A stretch of DNA of 63,885 nt, filler included, from Octopus bimaculoides (Eukaryota): NCBI RefSeq assembly GCF_001194135.2. It is 7 parts of 5 records of this genome, joined end to end, with 100 filler letters (N's around TTAATTAATTAA, not from the genome) between each part and the next. Parts side by side here need not be neighbours in the genome. Positions count along the whole stretch, not along the records: positions 46,544 to 59,512 come from NC_068986.1; positions 59,613 to 63,885 come from NC_068986.1; 5 more parts are not named here. One strand, written 5' to 3'. Shown in pieces: positions 50,861 through 63,885 of the stretch. Positions within the stretch are counted from its first letter, which is position 1. Every line of letters begins with the position of its first letter. A program made the position numbers and the translations under genes. The notes beneath the pieces were generated by a model. It had not been told where the DNA came from. It did no database searches and saw only the letters and a list, made by a program, of their open reading frames with translations.

Positions 50861-51888
50861 TCGTGTGTGAACATACTTAGGCTATCGTCTTTACCTAAAT
50901 TCACAAAATTTCTACGTAACACGTTCAAAATCTGTTATATACAGATTTTATGCTTGAAAATGTATTTTGAATTATGATGTGAGTGTGTGTGTGTGTCTGC
51001 ATATCTATATGTACATCTGTGTGTATATGTATGTGTGCGCGTGTGTGCATTTCTATATGTAGATATGTGTGTATGCGTGAGGTGTGTGGGTGCGTGAGTG
51101 CGTGAGGGTGTGTACGTATGGAGACGTCTGTGTTGATACGTGAGTTGTTTTTTTCTCTGTTGCATTGCCAATACATTTTTGTTATATTTTTGCACCGCAG
51201 CATTCTTTACTCTTCCTTTCTTCTCTTCTCCCTTCCTTCTCTTCTCCCTTCCTTCCTTCCTTTCTTTCTCTATTCCATCCTTCCTTTCTTCCTTCCTTTA
51301 CTGTTTATCTATTTTCTTTCCATTTTTCTACCTTTCGTTATTATATTCTTTCCCTCGTCTATCATATCTCACCCATCATTATCTCCCTTTTCATCTCATT
51401 TACTTTTCACTCCACCCTTACCACACACATCTCACTCCGTCTTTATCTCCCCTCCCCTCCCCCTCTCTCTCTCCCTCACTCTGTCTCGATCTCTCTCTCT
51501 CTGCCTCTATCGTTGTCTGTATCTCACTATCGCCTTCATTTCCGCTCGCCACATCCTATTGTCCATTTCTTTACCATTAGGAGTATAGATGGTAAATTAT
51601 TCTGTATCAATACTAAAATTCGATGATTTATGCATGAACTAAGTAGTCTCGACTTGGGTCTTTAAGCTCTGGCATCAAGTTGTCTATTGAAATAGTCATG
51701 GGTGCGTGGAGTGAAGAGGCTGTTGTCTCAATTGATCGTTTGTTCACTCAATGGCACATTATATTAAGCACAGTTCAACACCCACTAATGTTTTCGCTTT
51801 AATATATCAGTGCATACGTGCATAATTATGTTTGTATAAGTGTGCATATATACACAGAAGAGAGGTATACACAAACACATGCATATAT

Positions 51889-51946
<58 letters not shown>

Positions 51947-52927
51947 GTATGTATGCAGATATATGTCTATATACGTGTACGCACACGTCTATCTATCTAT
52001 CTATTATCTGTACATGTGTGCGTGTGTGTGTGTATATATATATATATANNNNNNNNNNNNNNNNNNNNNNNNNNNNNNNNNNNNNNNNNNNNNNNNNNNN
52101 NNNNNNNNNNNNNNNNNNNNNNNNNNNNNNNNNNNNNNNNNNNNNNNNNNNNNNNNNNNNNNNNNNNNNNNNNNNNNNNNNNNNNNNNNNNNNNNNNNNN
52201 NNNNNNNNNNNNNNNNNNNNNNNNNNNNNNNNNNNNNNNNNNNNNNNNNNNNNNNNNNNNNNNNNNNNNNNNNNNNNNNNNNNNNNNNNNNNNNNNNNNN
52301 NNNNNNNNNNNNNNNNNNNNNNNNNNNNNNNNNNNNNNNNNNNNNNNNNNNNNNNNNNNNNNNNNNNNNNNNNNNNNNNNNNNNNNNNNNNNNNNNNNNN
52401 NNNNNNNNNNNNNNNNNNNNNNNNNNNNNNNNNNNNNNNNNNNNNNNNNNNNNNNNNNNNNNNNNNNNNNNNNNNNNNNNNNNNNNNNNNNNNNNNNNNN
52501 NNNNNNNNNNNNNNNNNNNNNNNNNNNNNNNNNNNNNNNNNNNNNNNNNNNNNNNNNNNNNNNNNNNNNNNNNNNNNNNNNNNNNNNNNNNNNNNNNNNN
52601 NNNNNNNNNNNNNNNNNNNNNNNNNNNNNNNNNNNNNNNNNNNNNNNNNNNNNNNNNNNNNNNNNNNNNNNNNNNNNNNNNNNNNNNNNNNNNNNNNNNN
52701 NNNNNNNNNNNNNNNNNNNNNNNNNNNNNNNNNNNNNNNNNNNNNNNNNNNNNNNNNNNNNNNNNNNNNNNNNNNNNNNNNNNNNNNNNNNNNNNNNNNN
52801 NNNNNNNNNNNNNNNNNNNNNNNNNNNNNNNNNNNNNNNNNTATGTATAAATATGTGTATGTATAAGCGTGTGTGTATATGCATCTTTCTGTCTGCTATA
52901 ATAATAATAATGATAATAATAATAATG

Positions 52928-52985
<58 letters not shown>

Positions 52986-53352
52986 TAATGTTGATGATGA
53001 TAAGGATGATGATGATAACGATTATGATGATGTCTTTTAATGGCCACAAGGGCCCAAGACGTAGGGGACAATATAGAAGGGCAAGTTACAACACGCAATA
53101 GGTGGGGTTTACACTACAACAAAAGGGAGACACTCCAATAAAAGGGACATAGCAAAGAAGAATATAAAAATAGTATTTAGAAAAATAAATAATTGATAAA
53201 CAGAATCCATAACAATGGAGTTTCTTCCTAGGGTAATTCAGCTCCCACTACCACCACCATCCAGAAATCCCGGATTACTCTGCTGTCTCTAAAGCATGGG
53301 AAGTGATGTCTGCCTGTTTCTTCCCTCATGTTTAGAAAAAAGTATACACCAC

Positions 53353-53549
53353 CCTTATTTCTTTATTGCCCACAAGGGGCTAAACATAGAGGGGACAAAC
53401 AAGGACAGACAATGGGATTAAGCCGATTACATCGACCCCAGTGCGTAACTGGTACTTAATTCATCGACCCCGAAAGGATGAAAGGTAAAGTCGACCTCGG
53501 CGGAATTTGAACTCAGAACGTAACGGCAGACGAAATACCGCTAAGCATT
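53353..53549 (-). mobile_element. SINE family B copy
   Basis: Near-identical to 63580-63765 and 63770-63885 (tandem pair); an older copy lies at 59320-59512. Confidence 0.85.
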
Positions 53550-54540
53550 NNNNNNNNNNNNNNNNNNNNNNNNNNNNNNNNNNNNNNNNNNNNNNNNNNN
53601 NNNNNNNNNNNNNNNNNNNNNNNNNNNNNNNNNNNNNNNNNNNNNNNNNNNNNNNNNNNNNNNNNNNNNNNNNNNNNNNNNNNNNNNNNNNNNNNNNNNN
53701 NNNNNNNNNNNNNNNNNNNNNNNNNNNNNNNNNNNNNNNNNNNNNNNNNNNNNNNNNNNNNNNNNNNNNNNNNNNNNNNNNNNNNNNNNNNNNNNNNNNN
53801 NNNNNNNNNNNNNNNNNNNNNNNNNNNNNNNNNNNNNNNNNNNNNNNNNNNNNNNNNNNNNNNNNNNNNNNNNNNNNNNNNNNNNNNNNNNNNNNNNNNN
53901 NNNNNNNNNNNNNNNNNNNNNNNNNNNNNNNNNNNNNNNNNNNNNNNNNNNNNNNNNNNNNNNNNNNNNNNNNNNNNNNNNNNNNNNNNNNNNNNNNNNN
54001 NNNNNNNNNNNNNNNNNNNNNNNNNNNNNNNNNNNNNNNNNNNNNNNNNNNNNNNNNNNNNNNNNNNNNNNNNNNNNNNNNNNNNNNNNNNNNNNNNNNN
54101 NNNNNNNNNNNNNNNNNNNNNNNNNNNNNNNNNNNNNNNNNNNNNNNNNNNNNNNNNNNNNNNNNNNNNNNNNNNNNNNNNNNNNNNNNNNNNNNNNNNN
54201 NNNNNNNNNNNNNNNNNNNNNNNNNNNNNNNNNNNNNNNNNNNNNNNNNNNNNNNNNNNNNNNNNNNNNNNNNNNNNNNNNNNNNNNNNNNNNNNNNNNN
54301 NNNNNNNNNNNNNNNNNNNNNNNNNNNNNNNNNNNNNNNNNNNNNNNNNNNNNNNNNNNNNNNNNNNNNNNNNNNNNNNNNNNNNNNNNNNNNNNNNNNN
54401 NNNNNNNNNNNNNNNNNNNNNNNNNNNNNNNNNNNNNNNNNNNNNNNNNNNNNNNNNNNNNNNNNNNNNNNNNNNNNNNNNNNNNNNNNNNNNNNNNNNN
54501 NNNNNNNNNNNNNNNNNNNNNNNNNNNNNNNNNNNNNNNN

Positions 54541-54625
<85 letters not shown>

Positions 54626-56250
54626 TATTTTATGCACAAGACATCCTGCCTGAAATAAGATCTGAAATAATTTCAAGTATTAGAAAGCCTAGCTGTAAGA
54701 GAAATGTATATGTATATGATGTTCAGAAAACGGCGAGGGCAGTGTCTTGACGAGCAGTTTCACGATGTGTTCACTTCTCTATAGAGATGATGTGCATATG
54801 TATGTGTGTGTGTATGTGTGTGTCTGTGCGTGTGTGTGCGTGTGTGTTTGTATACTTTTCTATAAAACATATACAGAATACCACTTTAGTATCGTCTTTG
54901 CAACAACACATTTCCAAAGACATAGCAAGGATATTCGCAGTTTAACCCTGGTTCAAACCACACTGATTATAACTATTATCAAAAGCATTCTAGCTGTGAA
55001 CATTCAATCATGATTTTTTTTCTTTTGAGCATAGTGTATCCCACACTTCCGCATACAATATACCTCTGATGGTGTGATTTGAGCGAAATTTGGTAGCGAT
55101 TTCTAGTATGTCGGTTGAGCACGTAACCTTATTGACTCAGGTGAAATATTTGTAAAAACTGCTGTGTTTTTCTGTTTTATTTTGCTTATAAATCATTGAT
55201 AGCTAAAAAGTCAATGATTAAACTTCAAATGACGACTGTAGATTGTCGTTCATAAATTCGCATGGTAGAGCCGTAAACTTCTTGACTATGACTGTTTCAT
55301 TCGATATGCAAGTATTAAACATTCTTTACTACCGACAATACATTTACAACATGAAAGCATTGTAGCATATATTACTAAATGCACACGAAAGTAAATAAAT
55401 AAATAAACTAGACAGAAAAAGCTTTTTTGTGTTTAGAACGTCTATCTTATATAGTTCCTCAAAAAACTAGATTGATTATTGAAGGTGGGGGCACAACAAA
55501 ATATAATATAGAACGTACAATTCACAATTGTAGTGAACTCCAACAAAACCTAACACCAATCAGTATTATCAAACGATGGAGGCTCTATGTGGTCTCTCGG
55601 CCAACAAGAAATAGCAGCCGAGTCTCTCCGAAATCACACCCTGCTGGCTTGAAAATGACACATTCCATAATGTGATACTTAATACGGTGTATCTCGAAAA
55701 ATACAATAAAGACGGTATAGTTACGGTTAGAATACTTTTTGGTCGTAGTTCAAAGCTCACCTGAGGCTAGTCAGCGATAGCAACAAAAGTAGTGGCTACA
55801 ACAAAAGTCATTAACTAGCCAATGAAAAAGTCTCTTACTGCAACACATACCCAAACGCCAAACCTGACCCTTAAACCGGCTATATATATTTATACATACC
55901 AGTTTTACCTCGGAGTGAAGGCGCGTGGCTCACTGATTAGAGCGTCGGGTTCACAATCATGAGGCAGTGAATTCCAGTCCCAGACCGGGCTTGTATTTTG
56001 TTCTTGAGCCTGACAATTTATTTCACAGTAGTGGAACGTAATGCAACAGATGAATTTCTTAGTAGTGTAAACGAATCGGTTCGTCAGTGATATGCAGGGA
56101 GAGATTAGGATTTGTAAGGGTTGTGGCTTTCAGGAGAAACACACACACACACACAAATATATATAAGACTTTCTCTATTCCCGAGCGTTATACTAATACA
56201 TCCATTTGTTGTTTACACCACCTGTCTGCGTCTGTTGTTTTTTCGTGAAT

Positions 56251-56290
<40 letters not shown>

Positions 56291-56939
56291 GTATGCATAT
56301 ATATATATATGTATGCTCATATATANNNNNNNNNNNNNNNNNNNNNNNNNNNNNNNNNNNNNNNNNNNNNNNNNNNNAATTATACCATATATTACATATA
56401 TATTATATCATATCTTGATACTGTGTGGACTAAAATCCCCGTTGACTGGCTGCTGGTTTTTATAGACTGTTAAACACTTTCGGTATGCAAATTAGGGACT
56501 CCTTCATAGACTAACTGATGCATTTGTTGAGTATATAAACAGTTTGGCTGCTTTTTTCTCTGGAGTCTGTCAGAATCATGTAAACTCCACCGATGAGAAC
56601 CCAATAAGAACCCAATAAGGTTCGAAGATCGATGAAAGTTGTTCATCATTTTACTTTTCAGTCTGCGGAGAAATGGCTAAGATTTACCTTGTTTATAATT
56701 ATACCAAATGCTACATATGTATATACGTGCACATATATATGCATATGTATCTGAACATGCTTGTGCATGCGTGTCTGAGCGCACAGTTGTCTGCATTATG
56801 CATGTATTAATACATAGTGACTTTGTGTTTATTTTACTTCATTTGTTTTATGCTTTGATTACACGCACACACATATATATATATATATAGATATATGTAT
56901 ATATATACGCACACACACACACACACACACATACATATA

Positions 56940-56975
<36 letters not shown>

Positions 56976-57844
56976 GTGTATGCGTGTATGTGTATGTTTA
57001 TTAGAAAATTGTCTTCGCCAGTGCATTTGAACATTTTATAATTATATTGCCTTTAAGACAAATAAAGATATTATTATTATTCTTGTCATTATCATTATCA
57101 TAATAACTATTATTATTTAACATTTACAACGCACCAGTCTATTTCTCCCCCCCTCTCTCTCTATTTCACGAACGAAAGAGAACAGAAACAAAATAATCCG
57201 TCAAGACGAAGGTCTTAATGCAAAGTTAGATTGCCTTAATACGTAGACTAAAATGGAAGTTAAAATGAGTAACATTTGTGATAAACAAGTACAAAATGGA
57301 CGTAGTTGGCGTGAAATTTATGTAAATTGCTTTCTATTATAAGAAATGTTTCACTGTATGACCCAAAATAGTTGTTAGTAGCTTTTCAAGTTAATGTTTT
57401 GTCAGTATAATTTTTCACTAATCAAGTGATATAGCTATGATATCAAAATCATATTTGATAGTTGAGTTAATTAGAAATGTTTTCGGTTTGTGTGAGAAAC
57501 TTGTAGAAAGAATTTTTGTTTTAAATTTATTTTAGATATAAGGACAACATATAGAAACAAGCTGGGTTTTTTTCTGTTTTTTTCTTCTTCGGTTTTTGAC
57601 TATGTGCCAGTAGCGGTTGATGGTCAAGAGTTTTTAAAGTTTTACCGTTCTAATGTACCTAGCAGTAAAACATTACCAAAAGAGGTGGGTAGGTACAGAA
57701 TTTAGTAGTAGTAGTAGTAGTAGTAGTGGTGGCAGCAGCAGTGGTAGCAGTAGTAGTTGCGGCAGCAGCAGCAATAGCAGCAGTAGCAGCATCAGCAGTA
57801 GTGGTGGCGGCAGCAGCAGCAGCAGCAGTAATAGTAGTAGTACT

Positions 57845-58192
57845 ACTGAGGGTTCCAGTTGGTCCGATCAACGGAACAGCCTGCTCGTGAAATTAACGTG
57901 CAAGTGGTTGAGCACTCCACAGACACGTGTACCCTTAACGTAGTTCTCGGGGATATTCAGCGTGACAAGGCTGGCCCTTTGAAATACAAGTACAACAGAA
58001 ACAGGAAGAAAGAGTGAGAGAAAGTTGTGGTGGAAGAGTACAGCAGGGTTCGTCACCATCCCCTGCCGGAGCCTCGTGGAGCTTTAGGTGTTTTCGCTCA
58101 ATAAACACTCACTACGCCCGGTCTGCGAATCGAAACCGCGATCCTATGACCGCGAGTCTGCTGCCCTAACCGCTGGGCCATTGCACTTCCAC
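57845..58192 (-). mobile_element. Full-length tRNA-derived SINE family C with trinucleotide tail
   Basis: Head gtggaagtgcaaTGGCCCAGCGGttag (A box)...GGTTTCGATTC (B box-like); the tail runs into the CTA/CTG repeat at 57702-57845. An older related head lies at 55910-56030 (+). Confidence 0.8.
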
Positions 58193-60449
58193 TATGTCTC
58201 CATATACATTGTATGAATACACATATATGTTATGTGATGAAAAATGTTGCACCGTAAAACCCAAAACTCACTGCATACCCGTTTTGAACAAAATATTAAA
58301 GCATTCTAAAGATATTCCTGATCCAAATTTTAATTTATATGCTCTATAATTTTTACAGTATAACATCCAACATCCAATTCTATTTTATGATATCATATAT
58401 TTGCACAAATATAAATACATCGGCTAAAACACTAGGTCATAGTTGGAATCCATTTATCAATTTGGAACTTAAATGTTCAAAACTGAACTTGATATATTGA
58501 ATTTGAAATCATATAAGGTTTTGTATTTCTTTATCATCACGTTATACTCCATCTTGTTGCTAATAGAGCGTCGAATTTAAAATCACTAGTTTAATTAGCC
58601 AAAGAACTAGTTAACTGATTAACAAATTTAACGCGAGTAGTCTAACTGTGATTCAGGCTTTTTTCGTACATTTCGTATATCTTTTACAATTTTTTTATTT
58701 ACTCTTTTACTTTTTTCAGTCATTTGACTGCGGCCATGCTGGAGCACCGCCTTTAGTCGAGCAAATTGACCCCAGGACTTATTCTTTGGAAGCCTAGTAC
58801 TTATTCTATCAGGTCTCTTTTGCCGAACCGCTAAGTTACGGGGACGTAAACACACCAGCATCAGTTGTCAATCGATGTTGGGGGGAAAAACACAAACACA
58901 CACACATATATATATATATATGTATATATTTCAGTTTTCGTCTACCAAATTCACTCACAAGGCTTTGGTCGGCCCGAGGCTATCTTCGTCTACTTGTATG
59001 TTGTATGTAATACTCTTGTCGCCACTATTATTTTGTGATGGTATTCTGCGTCTTATTATCTTTGATTCGTCTATCCTGCTACCGCTGATAGCTCCGCAAG
59101 ACAATGGCTTGAGGGTAACTCGACCTCGTATATATGACGTAACTTACACTGACTCTAACAGAACTCTTACAACGACTCTACTACTACTACTGACCTTCTA
59201 CAATGACTGACTGTCTGACTTTGTCATGTGAGGAGGGGAGTACCATTTTCACTACAAAATATTTTAACAACTTTATTAAAAATTTACAATTTCTAATAAT
59301 TCTTTCTGCTATAGGAACAAGGCCCGAAATTTGGGAGAGGTGGGGATAGTCGACTAATCCCTGCAGTCCTCAACTTGAACTTAATTTATCGACCTCTAAA
59401 AGGATAAAATGCAAAGTCAACCTCGGCAGAATTTGAACTCAGAACGTAAAGACGAACGAATTACAGCGGAGCATTCCGCATGCCCTGCTAACGATTCTGC
59501 CAGCTCAACGACNNNNNNNNNNNNNNNNNNNNNNNNNNNNNNNNNNNNNNNNNNNNTTAATTAATTAANNNNNNNNNNNNNNNNNNNNNNNNNNNNNNNN
59601 NNNNNNNNNNNNTATATATGCATAATAATATTAAATATCTATTCACATATAATAAATCTTATGCAGCCTGTCATTTTTATTTATTTATATATTTTTTGCT
59701 AGGAAAAGAAAGAATGGTCGATTATATTGACCCAGTTCTTGATTGCCTCTCCTACACACACACACACACACACACACAGATACGCATATGCACACACACA
59801 TATGTATCAGAAAGGATGAAGAGTAAAGTTGATCTGGGCGGTTTCAAATCAGAATGGAAAGGGACATAAGGTTAATATGCCATAAGGCGTATAATCAATC
59901 GCTCAATCCGTTCTGCCAGTCAACTCAACAATGTGGTGATGTATAATTAACACATAGAAGATATTAAACTAAAAAAGCAAATAGACAGAATGTTTGCCAA
60001 AATGAATTAGGAGCTAAAAGAAAAGAAAACCCACAATATGAAAAACCTATAAAAATTGAAGAAAGAAAACGATAAAAATGGAATCGCATTTTATGTCCCC
60101 TGTATGTGTTCTCGTCTACAATTTGGTCTCGTCTGTTTAATTCTCAGCCACGTGATTTTGGGGTTTCACTCCCACCGCGCGGCTCCTTAGGCAAGTGGCT
60201 TGTACCACCCTGATCGACCGAGGTCTTGTGAGTGAGTTTGATGGAAGGAGTGAGTTTGATGTGTGTGGAAGTGCGGCATGTACACACAGAAATACACGGC
60301 CACGCGAACACACACACACACACACACACACCTACCGACACGTCTATCTGCATGTCTGTTTGTATGTATGTTATATAATATGACATAATATATATAATGT
60401 GATATAATATAACATTACAGTATCTCAGTATTGTTCAGACTATCGGTGA

Positions 60450-60690
60450 TTTTTGTACACCGCTGGTCACAATGCGCTTCTAATTCTGACTTGATTGCAA
60501 CATTCTTTCACAACTTGACCCAAATTGCTTAATTAAATCGGCTTCCCATCAACGTTGAGACCTTCCATGTGGCCTTTTCCGATCTCTTGGATACCACTCG
60601 GCATCCGCACGGGTTCATCTGTTGTCTGCCGACCTTGCGATATACCCGGCCTTGCGGAACTTGTGGAACGAATTTTACGATCGTTTCGTT
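60450..60690 (-). mobile_element. RTE-type LINE C-terminal fragment (third family)
   Basis: KFRKAGYIARSADNR*TRADAEWYPRDRKRPHGRSQR*WEADLIKQFG matches the WAGHIAR...W.PR..KR..GRP..RW C-terminal consensus of RTE-type ORFs. Confidence 0.75.
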
Positions 60691-62114
60691 TACTCCACAC
60701 CGGTGTGGAATTAACTCATTTCAAGATAATTCTAAATATATAATATAATATAATGTAACATAACATAATATAATATAATATAATATAATATAATATAATA
60801 TAATATAATATTATATATATATATATATANNNNNNNNNNNNNNNNNNNNNNNNNNNNNNNNNNNNNNNNNNNNNNNNNNNNNNNNNNNNNNNNNNNNNNN
60901 NNNNNNNNNNNNNNNNNNNNNNNNNNNNNNNNNNNNNNNNNNNNNNNNNNNNNNNNNNNNNNNNNNNNNNNNNNNNNNNNNNNNNNNNNNNNNNNNNNNN
61001 NNNNNNNNNNNNNNNNNNNNNNNNNNNNNNNNNNNNNNNNNNNNNNNNNNNNNNNNNNNNNNNNNNNNNNNNNNNNNNNNNNNNNNNNNNNNNNNNNNNN
61101 NNNNNNNNNNNNNNNNNNNNNNNNNNNNNNNNNNNNNNNNNNNNNNNNNNNNNNNNNNNNNNNNNNNNNNNNNNNNNNNNNNNNNNNNNNNNNNNNNNNN
61201 NNNNNNNNNNNNNNNNNNNNNNNNNNNNNNNNNNNNNNNNNNNNNNNNNNNNNNNNNNNNNNNNNNNNNNNNNNNNNNNNNNNNNNNNNNNNNNNNNNNN
61301 NNNNNNNNNNNNNNNNNNNNNNNNNNNNNNNNNNNNNNNNNNNNNNNNNNNNNNNNNNNNNNNNNNNNNNNNNNNNNNNNNNNNNNNNNNNNNNNNNNNN
61401 NNNNNNNATATATATGTATGTATGTGTGTGTGTGTGTGTGTGTGTGTTTGTGTGTGTAAATTTGGCTGGAATTTTAAAGTCAGATCACAGGATCACTTTA
61501 ATACAAAGTAGTTAGCCCCGACATATTTTGTTCTGTCGTTGTTGCCTACTTGAGGGGTAGACTTAAGAAGCCACCCGGTGCTTTGGGTGCCTTTAGCAGA
61601 ATCCACTCTATTACAAGTATTGAGACCAGTCAAGTTTTAGGTTTGAGGATAACTTTTCCTCTCTCTCTTCTTCCCTCATTAAGCTCTATACTCGACTAAC
61701 ACCTTTTTCTGAACCCTGTGTACATCGAGTCCTAACACCAGATTGTTAGTATCGCTATGCTGAGCAAAATATATATAAGAATTCCTACTCCAATAAACAT
61801 TCTTCCCTTCCTACTAGAAATTCCAATTTTGGAGATGGGGACCGGGGAAAATGAGGATATGTTCCTCTGGGTTGGAAAAGTCGGTTGTAATATCTGAGCA
61901 GATTTCAATGCACAATTGTGATAGCCTTTAGAAACATTGATTCGGAATATGTTAGTAATTTGTTCTCTATCAATATTTTTATTCTCTCTCTATAAATATG
62001 TATCATCTCTCTCTGTATAAATACATTTATCTAATTTCTCTCTCTCACTCTGTGAGTGAGTGTGAATGTAGGTTATATACATACATGTATACATACATAC
62101 ATACATACATACAT

Positions 62115-62155
<41 letters not shown>

Positions 62156-63016
62156 NNNNNNNNNNNNNNNNNNNNNNNNNNNNNNNNNNNNNNNNNNNNN
62201 NNNNNNNNNNNNNNNNNNNNNNNNNNNNNNNNNNNNNNNNNNNNNNNNNNNNNNNNNNNNNNNNNNNNNNNNNNNNNNNNNNNNNNNNNNNNNNNNNNNN
62301 NNNNNNNNNNNNNNNNNNNNNNNNNNNNNNNNNNNNNNNNNNNNNNNNNNNNNNNNNNNNNNNNNNNNNNNNNNNNNNNNNNNNNNNNNNNNNNNNNNNN
62401 NNNNNNNNNNNNNNNNNNNNNNNNNNNNNNNNNNNNNNNNNNNNNNNNNNNNNNNNNNNNNNNNNNNNNNNNNNNNNNNNNNNNNNNNNNNNNNNNNNNN
62501 NNNNNNNNNNNNNNNNNNNNNNNNNNNNNNNNNNNNNNNNNNNNNNNNNNNNNNNNNNNNNNNNNNNNNNNNNNNNNNNNNNNNNNNNNNNNNNNNNNNN
62601 NNNNNNNNNNNNNNNNNNNNNNNNNNNNNNNNNNNNNNNNNNNNNNNNNNNNNNNNNNNNNNNNNNNNNNNNNNNNNNNNNNNNNNNNNNNNNNNNNNNN
62701 NNNNNNNNNNNNNNNNNNNNNNNNNNNNNNNNNNNNNNNNNNNNNNNNNNNNNNNNNNNNNNNNNNNNNNNNNNNNNNNNNNNNNNNNNNNNNNNNNNNN
62801 NNNNNNNNNNNNNNNNNNNNNNNNNNNNNNNNNNNNNNNNNNNNNNNNNNNNNNNNNNNNNNNNNNNNNNNNNNNNNNNNNNNNNNNNNNNNNNNNNNNN
62901 NNNNNNNNNNNNNNNNNNNNNNNNNNNNNNNNNNNNNNNNNNNNNNNNNNNNNNNNNATGTACATATATATATGTGTATACGTATGCATGTATATGTATA
63001 TATGTGTATATATATG

Positions 63017-63089
<73 letters not shown>

Positions 63090-63579
63090 GCTTAAGGAGA
63101 TAAATTAACATGTGCGAATCTCTTAAAGATAAAATGCTAAACGTCCACATCATATTTATTTATGACCAGCCATTCTTATCTATATTTCCTGGAGATTTTC
63201 GGTGTCGTTCACTACCAGATTATTTGCATATTCCTTATGCGACATTACCATATATAATATATAGATTCACAGAGAAAGAGCTCGAAGGAAGACCTATGCC
63301 TTTAGTTGACCTGCTAGATATAGTAGTAAAACTTATCTCAAATCATAATTCACCGTTTTAAACTAAGAACGTCTAATTATCTATTCCTTCATAGCCCTAA
63401 TAAATAAGATACTTATAACTAGAATTCTTTTAACTGTAACACCGAAGGCGTGTCTAATCTAAAGGATCGAACGAGCGCCCTCTTCTATTGTATTCTATCC
63501 ACTATAGTAGAAAACATTTGCTCAAGATGCCACGCAATGAGACTGAACCCGGAAGAATGTAGTTGGGAAGTTAGCTTCT

Positions 63580-63885
63580 TATTTTTTTATTGCCCACAAG
63601 GGGCTAAACATAGAGGGGACAAACAAGGACAGACACAGGGATTAAGTTGATTATTTCGACCCCAGTGCGTAACTGGTACTTAATTTATCGACCCCTAAAG
63701 GATGAAAGGCAAAGTCGACTTCGGCGGAATTTGAACTCAGAACGTAACGGCAGACGAAATACCTATTCCTTTACTGCCCACAAGGGGCCACACACAGAGG
63801 GGACAAACAAGGACAGACAAACGGATTAAGTCGATTATATCGACCCCAGTACGTAACTGGTACTTAATTTATCGACCCCGAAAGG
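63580..63885 (-). mobile_element. Tandem pair of SINE family B copies
   Basis: The gcccacaagggg...gacaaacaaggacagac...cgaccccagt(g/a)cgtaactggtacttaatttatcgaccc block occurs twice. Confidence 0.85.

Noticed and set aside
53040-53340. Possible Tx1-like LINE 3' end on the minus strand
   Set aside because: Only a vague resemblance; no motif could be pinned down.
58141-58192. tRNA-like sequences at SINE heads
   Set aside because: A/B boxes continue into SINE bodies and no complete cloverleaf forms, so these are not tRNA genes.
11274-63153. Long ORFs rich in X, or in YI, CV, HT, poly-I or poly-S repeats
   Set aside because: They arise from N-gaps and di-, tri- or tetranucleotide microsatellites that lack stop codons.

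Overview
Repeat-dense, AT-rich eukaryotic genomic DNA from a gappy draft scaffold. The microsatellite load and the SINE/LINE families look like a coleoid cephalopod, probably Octopus; this is inferred from repeat recognition, not a database search. Host coding sequence is sparse and all on the minus strand: two spliceable internal exons of an SDR16C/RDH10-like short-chain dehydrogenase (6561-6726, 1651-1895) and one isolated 59-nt exon encoding a COP9 signalosome subunit 2-like PCI segment (15292-15350). Most of the rest is decayed mobile DNA: RTE, R4/Dong, Tx1 and CR1/L2-type LINEs, at least four Penelope-like elements (PLEs), mariner elements and MITEs, non-autonomous Helitrons, three tRNA-derived SINE families and microsatellites. 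The most notable signals are (i) minimal type I hammerhead ribozyme motifs at PLE 3' ends, one apparently intact (18744-18794, minus), (ii) several long foldback hairpins, (iii) inverted PLE architectures, and (iv) a PHD-finger-like insert inside an RTE reverse transcriptase. Most long ORFs in the supplied track are artefacts of N-runs and microsatellites. All alignments and folds were done by eye.
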